Assembly: GCF_000017845.1 (NCBI RefSeq)
Contig: NC_010546.1
Span: 3,360,001-3,392,000, forward strand
Direction: 5' to 3'
DNA from: Crocosphaera subtropica ATCC 51142
GTDB lineage: Bacteria; Cyanobacteriota; Cyanobacteriia; Cyanobacteriales; Microcystaceae
DNA length: 32,000 bases
The translations under genes and the position numbers were made by a program. The notes under the pieces were generated by a model. The model worked only from the letters and a program-made list of their open reading frames with translations, ran no database searches and had not been told where the DNA came from. Of the stretch, positions 1 through 7,532 are shown in pieces (the first letter of the stretch is position 1; each line of letters starts with the position of its first letter).

Positions 1-1
1 T

Positions 2-637
2 GAAGTTCCTTGGATTACAGGATTTGATTTTTTTGATATCTTTATTTTAGGAGCAACTTTACCAGACGATCAAGAAATTAGAGGAATTGTTCCTTTTACT
101 CCATCGTCTCAAGTTAGGTTTAGTGAGCCGATAAAATTAGGAGCAATGCAGTCAACCAATACCGTCACTGCTACTTTTAAAACCTATTTTTTGCCTGAGG
201 AAAATATTGTTTCGATTGATCAACCTGGAGGTATTCATAACCATGATCAAAAAGTTGTTCTTTATCCTAGCTTTTTAGTTTTAGGATGTGCCAAAGCTGG
301 TTTAGATATTGTTAAAAATGTTTGCCAAAAAAAAGAGATTGATTTTATCCAAGAAGCCTATGACCATCTCAATGAAGAATGGCAGATTTGTGAAAGGAAA
401 ATCAGAAAAGCTATGAATATTGATCACCGTTCTTTTGACGATGATTTACAGTTAAGAGTGTGGTCAATTAATTTAGCTCAAAGATGTGCTATAGCAGCTT
501 TAACCGTATCTAGTGGTGCTGCTAACTATTATAATCATCCAGCCCAAAGGGTATATAAAGAAGCCCTTGTTTTTAGTGTTTTTGCTCAAACGACTGATAT
601 TATGAAAGGGACTTTAGAACAGTTAATGTATAATTAA
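2..637 (+). CDS. acyl-CoA dehydrogenase-like protein, C-terminal portion (5' end lies outside the window)
   Basis: The frame of the listed 146..637 ORF stays open back to base 2 (EVPWITGFDFFDIFILGATLPDD...), so the gene enters from the left edge. The PWITG segment and the C-terminal AQRVYKEALVFSV...IM pattern resemble the ACAD fold. The family call rests on motif memory only. Confidence 0.5.
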   Translation, partial: EVPWITGFDFFDIFILGATLPDDQEIRGIVPFTPSSQVRFSEPIKLGAMQSTNTVTATFKTYFLPEENIVSIDQPGGIHNHDQKVVLYPSFLVLGCAKAGLDIVKNVCQKKEIDFIQEAYDHLNEEWQICERKIRKAMNIDHRSFDDDLQLRVWSINLAQRCAIAALTVSSGAANYYNHPAQRVYKEALVFSVFAQTTDIMKGTLEQLMYN

Positions 638-960
638 TAATTAGATAAAAACCTCAGTATTTCTGAGGTCAAGTAGGAGCAACCATGATATAGAAAAAGC
701 AAAACGATACAAGGGAGAAAGTAAGACGACTAATCTTAAAAGAATGTTAAAAGGGCAAGTCTTTATAAAAGCTTGACTTGTTTGAATCTATCCTTAGCCT
801 TCCCAAAAACGAACGGTTTCCTATCACCCAGGATTCAAAAAATGTTTCTGATCATGCGAAATTCTCTACTACTAAGTACCTAACTGGAGTTTAGACTACG
901 GCAAAATTGCCCAACATTGTTTTGGGTCTGAAAAAAGGACAAATTAACTAAAAATTTGGT

Positions 961-2280
961 CTAAGTCTTCTTCTTTTTAGCTTTTTTATCAGGACTTTTT
1001 CGTTTTTTAATGACAGGATAACGGGTTCTTTTAGTTCTTACTTGACCAGATTCCCATCCTGGGGATTTTCCACGGGGTTTGGGAGTTCGTGCTGGTGTTC
1101 CAATCTCTACTAAAAGTCCAAACATTGACTGTGCAACCCTTCCCGGACTTAAGTTTTTTTGAGGTTTTTGCCAAGGGAGATATTTTTCTTCAACTAAATC
1201 TTTAGCCAGCCATAATTGCCAAGTTATTAATGGCATTAAATCACTCCATCTTTCACATTGATGAGGTGTGCTAAGTGCTGGTAATGTCCAATGTAATCTT
1301 TGTTTAATAAATCGATACCAATGGTCGACAGTAAAACGTCTTAAATACTTTTTCCACAGTAATTCTAAGGGAAGTATATCTAGTTTCTGTTTCCCAATAA
1401 AAACCAACCATAATGGTTTTTGAAGTGACCCTTTTTTATTAGTTTCTAGTCTCTCCACTAAAATCAGTGTCATGTTTACCGATGAGGATTTAAGGAAATG
1501 TAACTGTGACCATTTCCTGACTTTTATTTTACCCAGCTTATCATCATTAAGCTCAACTATTTCTGTTGCATCCCACCAAGTTAATTTGTCATTTAGCTTA
1601 AATTTATCCCCATGTTTTCTTGGCCGTCCTCGACCGCTATACTGTCCAGGCGCACCGTATAAACAGCAATTTGAGCGTATTCTGATTAGACAATCTACTT
1701 CTACATCTACTGTTTGATTAACCCATGAAGCATTTCCATATTCGCTATCTAATAAAGCTAAAATTGGATAATTAACACTTCTTCTTACTTGTTTTAATTG
1801 CCAAGTTGCTTTACTAATTGGTGTTTCAAAACTGGTTATTCTTTCATGTCTTAAGGGTAAAGCCCAGCTTCTACTATCTTCAGGTATCCAAGCTATGGTA
1901 CTATAATTATGTCCTTCAGTTACTTTTTGAAAGTTTTTGGGTGAATGATGATAGCCTCGGTCTTTCAAAGTAGGAGAATCTAGTCTAGGATTGGCTGTAT
2001 GATCTATAGCTAGTGTAACATATAATGAGTCATTAATAGGGATTTCTTTGAGATATCTCTTCATTAACTTGGAACGGTTTGGACGGCAATCTTGTAACGA
2101 TTCATAAGTAGAAGACCATTGTCTTCTAAATAATGGAGAAAGAGAAAAATCTGCCAATGAGTAAGCAGTTTTAGTGGTTAAAACTGCATCCATTAAATCA
2201 TAAGTGGAATCTTTGGCGAACCCTAGTAGATTATAGGTATCATTTCTGAATTTTTGAAGTTTTTTTATGTTATTATTCAT
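961..2280 (-). CDS. DDE transposase (IS4/IS701-like)
   Basis: 439-aa uninterrupted ORF filling the TIR-bounded element, with a lysine-rich C-terminal tail. It resembles cyanobacterial IS4-superfamily transposases. Exact IS family not resolved. Confidence 0.8.
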   Translation of the reverse strand: MNNNIKKLQKFRNDTYNLLGFAKDSTYDLMDAVLTTKTAYSLADFSLSPLFRRQWSSTYESLQDCRPNRSKLMKRYLKEIPINDSLYVTLAIDHTANPRLDSPTLKDRGYHHSPKNFQKVTEGHNYSTIAWIPEDSRSWALPLRHERITSFETPISKATWQLKQVRRSVNYPILALLDSEYGNASWVNQTVDVEVDCLIRIRSNCCLYGAPGQYSGRGRPRKHGDKFKLNDKLTWWDATEIVELNDDKLGKIKVRKWSQLHFLKSSSVNMTLILVERLETNKKGSLQKPLWLVFIGKQKLDILPLELLWKKYLRRFTVDHWYRFIKQRLHWTLPALSTPHQCERWSDLMPLITWQLWLAKDLVEEKYLPWQKPQKNLSPGRVAQSMFGLLVEIGTPARTPKPRGKSPGWESGQVRTKRTRYPVIKKRKSPDKKAKKKKT

Positions 2281-2385
2281 CTGGGAGAAAAAATTTAATG
2301 TTTAACTTTTTTCTATTTTCTCCCTTTTTTCTCAACTCTCTCCATTAATATTTGTCAACATCAATCTGGCTTATTTCGAAGTTAG

Positions 2386-2450
2386 CGGTGCAGCCGCACT
2401 CGCGGAGCGAGACCTCTCATTGGACTAGACTGTACGGTGTGATTGTAGGA
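2386..2450. other. 65-bp GC-rich block inside the IS right end, bracketed by the 8-bp direct repeat gaagttag
   Basis: gaagttag occurs at 2378-2385 and again at 2451-2458. The first 30 nt of the block (cggtgcagccgcactcgcggagcgagacct) have 22/30 G+C in a visibly AT-rich context. Confidence 0.5.
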
Positions 2451-2474
2451 GAAGTTAGTCTAAACTCCAGTACC

Positions 2475-2599
2475 TAACCTGAGTTCGATATAAGGAAATT
2501 GATAGATAACGTGTCAAAATAGGAAGTCTCAAACTCTGATTCCCTCGTTAAAAAAATCCTAACTCCGACCTCCGAACTCCTAACACCGAACTCAGGTTA
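2475..2599 (+). mobile_element. MITE copy 1 (about 125 bp, non-coding, TIR-bounded)
   Basis: aacctgagttcg (2476-2487) and cgaactcaggtt (2587-2598) form a perfect 12-bp TIR, or 13 bp with the flanking t/a. No ORF. Homologous copies lie at 10684-10785 and 21491-21635. Confidence 0.7.
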
Positions 2600-2695
2600 C
2601 CTAGATAAAAATAAAGGTTACCATTGAGATGAGGCAGGAGTAGGATTAAAGCTTCGTTTACAAAGGTTTATATAGGTTATTGTATTTATGTCCGA

Positions 2696-3214
2696 CTACT
2701 TATCTGATGATGAGCGAAACTCTTCTCGTAACTCTGTCAAAATACGGGTAAATTCAGAAGCGGGGAAAGAAGTATTTAAGCTTTCTTGTGTCCCTGTATC
2801 ATGAACAAGTTTTCTCTCTCCTGTTGCCATGAGTTGATTGTAAGCTTCAGCATTCTGCTCAAATTTCGCTCTCAACGCTTGTTTAATTAATCCATAATGT
2901 TCAGGCGATCGCCATTTAATGGCTTGTCCATTCCAATAAACCATAGGGGTTTCCCCTGCTCGTAATTTTCTGTTTATTTTTTCTCGGATTTCTCTAATTA
3001 CACCCTTTTTAGCTTCTTTTCCGAATAATTTAGCCATTTTTTTCTTTTCTGGATGACCTTCAGGATATTTAATATAGTGAATAAATGCCTCGGCTGAGCG
3101 AAATTGTTTTCCTTGAAACTTAAAATGAGTATCGGCAAAATTAGACACCAGAGGAGATTCACCATAGGAAATAATATTAGCTTCTAAATCTTGTTTGTTC
3201 AATTGATCGGTCAT
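2696..3214 (-). CDS. NADAR (YbiA-like, DUF1768) family protein
   Basis: The 172-aa ORF aligns by eye to E. coli YbiA: SNFADTHFKF..F.SAEAF, ALRAKFEQNAEAYNQLMATGERKLVHDT versus ALRAKFEQHAELRALLLATAPAKLVEHT, and a C-terminal LTELREEF versus LMELREQL. Confidence 0.7.
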   Translation of the reverse strand: MTDQLNKQDLEANIISYGESPLVSNFADTHFKFQGKQFRSAEAFIHYIKYPEGHPEKKKMAKLFGKEAKKGVIREIREKINRKLRAGETPMVYWNGQAIKWRSPEHYGLIKQALRAKFEQNAEAYNQLMATGERKLVHDTGTQESLNTSFPASEFTRILTELREEFRSSSDK

Positions 3215-3316
3215 TGGTCACTATAAAACAATTCTAAAATCTCAATTATGATTCTCTAGTCACTGGAGACATCATCGTTATAATGAAGTCCTCAACAGAT
3301 GAGGATAACAGCAATT

Positions 3317-4234
3317 ATGACCACTCTCCAAGGAAGAGATATCTTAGGAATTGGCGATCTCAGTGCAGAAGAAATGACCCAAGTGTTAGATTTAGGCGCA
3401 GCGTTAAAAAGTGGTCAGCGATCGCCCCGTTGTCAAAAAATCCTGGGATTGTTGTTTGATAAAGCCTCTACCCGTACCCGTGTTTCTTTTAGTGCTGCTA
3501 TTTATCAACTAGGGGGACAAGTCCTCGATCTCAATCCTAGTGTAACCCAAGTGGGCAGGGGAGAACCCACTAAGGATACAGCCAGGGTGTTAGATCGATA
3601 TCTAGATATTTTAGCCATCCGTACCTTTGAACAGTCGAAGTTAGAAACCTTTGCAGAGTATGCAACAATTCCTATTATTAATGCTCTCACCGATTTAGAA
3701 CATCCTTGTCAAATTTTAGCCGATTTTATGACGATTAAAGAATGTTTTGGTGAATTGGCAGGGAGTACAGTCACTTATTTAGGTGATGGTAATAATGTTG
3801 CCCATTCCCTCATTTTAGGCGGGGCTTTAATGGGGATGAAAATTAGAGTTGCAACCCCAAAAGATTATCAACCCTTACCAATGATTATTGAACAAGCTAA
3901 ACAGTTAGCTAAACCCGGTTTTGAAATTATGATAACCGATGATCCTATGGCTGCTGTCAAAGATTCTAATGTACTTTATACCGATGTTTGGGCAAGTATG
4001 GGACAAGAAGATTTAGCAGCATCGAGGATTCCTATTTTTCAACCTTATCAAATTAACGATGAACTGTTACAAAAAGCCGATAAAAATGCTATTGTTTTAC
4101 ACTGTTTACCGGCACATCGTGGAGAAGAAATAACTGATAGTGTCATAGAAGGAAACCAATCGAAAGTGTGGGATCAAGCTGAAAATAGAATGCACGCACA
4201 AAAAGCTTTAATGGTTAGTTTATTAGGCATTTAG
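3317..4234 (+). CDS. argF: ornithine carbamoyltransferase
   Basis: STRTRVSF carbamoyl-phosphate motif, HPCQ, and HCLPAHRGEE near the C-terminus. The start is moved to the ATG at 3317 (MTTLQGRDILG..., gagga 11 nt upstream). An alternative ATG lies at 3299. Confidence 0.9.
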   Translation: MTTLQGRDILGIGDLSAEEMTQVLDLGAALKSGQRSPRCQKILGLLFDKASTRTRVSFSAAIYQLGGQVLDLNPSVTQVGRGEPTKDTARVLDRYLDILAIRTFEQSKLETFAEYATIPIINALTDLEHPCQILADFMTIKECFGELAGSTVTYLGDGNNVAHSLILGGALMGMKIRVATPKDYQPLPMIIEQAKQLAKPGFEIMITDDPMAAVKDSNVLYTDVWASMGQEDLAASRIPIFQPYQINDELLQKADKNAIVLHCLPAHRGEEITDSVIEGNQSKVWDQAENRMHAQKALMVSLLGI

Positions 4235-4558
4235 AATAAAGTAATAATACTATTTGTAACTAAATCTTACAAATAAGTAAATAAACAAATAACCCATCAG
4301 AAAACTGATACAATAAAAGTAAGCTGTGTGTGCATTTAAACAGGGTATTTAAAGTTTTAGAACAAAGGATTAAATCCTTGCTACCTGATCCCATACAGTC
4401 TCAACTAGCAATCTAAATGATTAATAGTTTCTTAAAGTCGATGGTTGAATTTAACAAAAAATAGCCAAGCAATTAGTTGAACAGGTAAGCAAATTATTGT
4501 TCAGAAAATTGTATGAAACTAAAAAAGTAAGCTTAAATCATTCAATAGGAGTCAAGGA

Positions 4559-5605
4559 ATGGACTTATCAACAACCTATATGGGAATGGCCTTAAAATCT
4601 CCTTTAGTGGTAGGGTCTTGCGCCCCATTAACCGAAGAAATAGATAACATCAAAAAGATGGAAGATTCTGGAGCGGCAGCAGTTGTTTTACACTCATTTT
4701 TTGAAGAACAATTACGACAAGAACAACTGGAATTACATCATCATTTAACCCACGGAACCGAAAGCTTTGCCGAAGCCTTAACTTATTTTCCAGAACCAGA
4801 AATTTTTCATGTGGGTTCCCAAGAATATTTAGACCATATTCGCACCAGTAAAGAAATAGTGGATATACCGATTATTGCCAGTATTAATGGGTCAACTTTG
4901 GGAGGATGGTTAGATTATTCCCAACAAATTGAACAAGCAGGAGCGGATGCTTTAGAACTCAATATTTATTATGTTCCCACGGATTTAGACATTCCTGGGG
5001 GAGAAATTGAACAAAACTATTTAGACATTTTAAAAGCCGTAAAATCAGAAATCAATATTCCCATCGCTGTTAAATTAAGTCCTTATTTTAGTAACATGGC
5101 CAACATGGCCAAACGCCTAGGAGAAACAGGGGCCGATGGCTTAGTTTTATTCAATCGTTTTTATCAGCCAGATATTGATTTAAACAACTTAGAAGTTTAT
5201 CCCAATGTCCTGTTAAGTACCCCTCACGCCATGCGTCTTCCCATGCGTTGGCTGGCCATTTTATACGGAAAAATTGAAGCAGACTTAGCTGCAACCAGCG
5301 GCATTCATCATCCTACGGATGTTATTAAAATGGTCATGGCCGGGGCAAAAGTGACTCAAGTGGTGAGTGCTTTATTGCGTCATGGTATCCATTATTTAAC
5401 CACCCTAGAAGAAGGAATGCGAAACTGGATGGAAGAAAACGAATACGAGTCTATCCAACAAATGCAAGGCAGTCTATCTCAACTCCATTGTCCTGATCCT
5501 ACAGCCTTCGAGCGATCGCAGTACATGAAAGCCTTACAAACCTACGCACCCATCTGGCGATCGGTGCAAACCCCTCCTCTAAGTCCCCTCACCCAAGAAA
5601 ACTAA
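4559..5605 (+). CDS. dihydroorotate dehydrogenase-like protein (PyrD-related TIM-barrel flavoprotein of unknown substrate)
   Basis: N-terminus MDLSTTYMGMALKSPLVVGSCAPLTEEIDNIKKMEDSGAAAVVLHSFFEEQ matches the DHOD-like family pattern. aggag RBS at 4546-4550. Confidence 0.75.
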   Translation: MDLSTTYMGMALKSPLVVGSCAPLTEEIDNIKKMEDSGAAAVVLHSFFEEQLRQEQLELHHHLTHGTESFAEALTYFPEPEIFHVGSQEYLDHIRTSKEIVDIPIIASINGSTLGGWLDYSQQIEQAGADALELNIYYVPTDLDIPGGEIEQNYLDILKAVKSEINIPIAVKLSPYFSNMANMAKRLGETGADGLVLFNRFYQPDIDLNNLEVYPNVLLSTPHAMRLPMRWLAILYGKIEADLAATSGIHHPTDVIKMVMAGAKVTQVVSALLRHGIHYLTTLEEGMRNWMEENEYESIQQMQGSLSQLHCPDPTAFERSQYMKALQTYAPIWRSVQTPPLSPLTQEN

Positions 5606-5617
5606 CGAGGTGGAAAA

Positions 5618-6772
5618 ATGAGTAAAAAACGAATTGGGATCTTAACCAGTGGGGGAGACTGCCCAGGGCTAAATGCTGTGATTCGTGCAGTGGTCAAAGC
5701 AGCCGAACTCAATAACTGGGTGGTGTATGGACTTCCCTACGGAACCGATGGATTTCAGGACATTGCCAATGAGAAATGTTGTCCAGAGGATCTGCTATTG
5801 ACGGGGAGATGTTATCAACTTCCAGGGAGAATTCGGGGATTAGACGTTTTACAATTTTTTAGTGGGAGTGTGTTGGGGTCTATCAGTAAAGGACATCCTG
5901 AAGATCCAGAGGTCAAAGCAGCGATCCTCAAAGGCTACAAAATCTTAAATATAGATGCTTTGATTGTGATCGGGGGAGATGGGAGCTTAGATATCATTTA
6001 TGATCTAGCCAAAGAGGAGAAGTGGAACATCATTGTTATTCCCAAAACCATTGATAACGATGTTCCCTTTACAGAGTTTTCCGTGGGGTTTTCCACCGCC
6101 GTCGAAATTGTTACCCAAGCGTTATATGATCTCACTTTTACGGCAGCCAGTCATAACCGTATTATGATTGTGCAAGTTATGGGTCGAGATGCCGGCCATT
6201 TGGCTTTGCGTGGAGGAATAGCAGGAGGTGCTGATATTATCCTGATTCCGGAACTCACCCCTTACTTAAGCTTAGATGTGTTAGATGGTTGCTGTCATCA
6301 ATTATTAAAGTTGCAAAAATCTGGTCGTCATTTTGGTCTATTGGTGATTGCAGAAGGAGTGAAAAACCAGAAACAGCAGAAAGAGCCTTATATTGCCGAT
6401 TATCTCCTGAGACAGATTCAGGAATATAGTCAGATTCTCTGTCATGAGAAACATGAAGATTTTTGTCTTTTGAAAGATGTGGATATGCGGGTGACAGTTT
6501 TGGGACATCTGCAAAGGAGTCATCCCCCAGTGGCTTGGGATCGTCTGTTAGCCACGGCTTTTGGCATCAAAGCGATTGAACTCATCGAAGCAGACAACTA
6601 CGATCGCTTGGTGGTCTGGCAAAAAGGCCAGGTGAGCAGTGAACCCTTATCGGCCGTTATTAATACCATTAAAGAGCGTCATCAACAAAAAGTCTGTACC
6701 TCTCCCGTCGAAAAACATGATTGTATGGTCAAAACAGCACGATCACTGGGTATTTATTTAGGTCATGGTTAA
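5618..6772 (+). CDS. pfkA: ATP-dependent 6-phosphofructokinase
   Basis: [34 protein letters not shown] and [10 protein letters not shown] motifs. Starts 12 nt after the preceding stop, with a gaggtgg RBS. Confidence 0.9.
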   Translation: MSKKRIGILTSGGDCPGLNAVIRAVVKAAELNNWVVYGLPYGTDGFQDIANEKCCPEDLLLTGRCYQLPGRIRGLDVLQFFSGSVLGSISKGHPEDPEVKAAILKGYKILNIDALIVIGGDGSLDIIYDLAKEEKWNIIVIPKTIDNDVPFTEFSVGFSTAVEIVTQALYDLTFTAASHNRIMIVQVMGRDAGHLALRGGIAGGADIILIPELTPYLSLDVLDGCCHQLLKLQKSGRHFGLLVIAEGVKNQKQQKEPYIADYLLRQIQEYSQILCHEKHEDFCLLKDVDMRVTVLGHLQRSHPPVAWDRLLATAFGIKAIELIEADNYDRLVVWQKGQVSSEPLSAVINTIKERHQQKVCTSPVEKHDCMVKTARSLGIYLGHG

Positions 6773-6803
6773 ACTTCTCAATGTATTGACAGCATTTTGC
6801 CAG

Positions 6804-7403
6804 TTAAGAGTCTCGTTTCCGTCGAATTACCCAACCTATAAAAACCACCACTAACACAACCGCAACAACGCCACTAAAAGGACCAATAAAATCTTTCACC
6901 CGATCATAGTTAGCTCCTAGAATGTACCCGGCGAAAGTCAATAAACTTACCCAGATAGCAGTGCCTAGGGTTGAATAGAAAAGAAACGGCAATAACGGCA
7001 TATTACTCAACCCTGCAGGCACAGAAATATAGGTGCGTACCCCTGGAACCAAACGACTGACACAAGCAGCCATTTCTCCTCGACGCTCAAACCAATCTTT
7101 AGCTCTGTCAATCTCTTCACTAGAAATAGTTAACCACCGACCGTAACGATCGGCTAAACTTTTAATACGCTTCAAACTCAAGGATTTTCCTAAATAATAC
7201 CAAGGTAACGCTCCTACCACTGAACCGATAACCCCGGCGATAACCACATAGACAAAATTCAGTTCTCCTTGAGTTACCACAAACCCCGCTAACGGCATAA
7301 TCACCTCAGAAGGAATGGGAGGAAACAGATTTTCTAGTAACATTAATAAAGCGATGCCGATATATCCTAACCCATCGACGATATTAACAATCCAATCAAG
7401 CAT
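6804..7403 (-). CDS. DedA family membrane protein
   Basis: LENLFPPIPSEVIMPLAGF signature and multiple TM segments. The start is moved to the internal ATG at 7403 (MLDWIVNIVDGLGYIG...). The upstream 19 codons of the listed ORF look non-native. Confidence 0.8.
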   Translation of the reverse strand: MLDWIVNIVDGLGYIGIALLMLLENLFPPIPSEVIMPLAGFVVTQGELNFVYVVIAGVIGSVVGALPWYYLGKSLSLKRIKSLADRYGRWLTISSEEIDRAKDWFERRGEMAACVSRLVPGVRTYISVPAGLSNMPLLPFLFYSTLGTAIWVSLLTFAGYILGANYDRVKDFIGPFSGVVAVVLVVVFIGWVIRRKRDS

Positions 7404-7532
7404 AAAATGAAATCCTTTTAAATAGCATACGTTAAGATAAGGTGAGTAGAAGAGGCACAAGAAGATAAATTTAGATTAGGAATTTTAATGTTTAGTCATT
7501 AAGGGGATTTCAGATAATATTTTAAAAATTAA

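Larger units (their letters stand above)
884..2470 (-). mobile_element. complete insertion sequence (IS4/IS701-like DDE element), 1587 bp
   Basis: ctggagtttagacta (884-898) is the exact reverse complement of tagtctaaactccag (2456-2470). The 7-mer tacctaa abuts both ends (877-883 and 2471-2477), which is a target-site duplication. One full-length transposase ORF lies inside. Confidence 0.85.

Noticed and set aside
1472-1717. 81-aa plus-strand ORF inside the IS
   Set aside because: It is antisense to the intact transposase and the translation is low complexity.
7404-7460. N-terminal 19 codons of the listed DedA ORF
   Set aside because: The sequence (MCLFYSPYLNVCYLKGFHF) is not like a DedA N-terminus. 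The family-typical start MLDW... follows at 7403.
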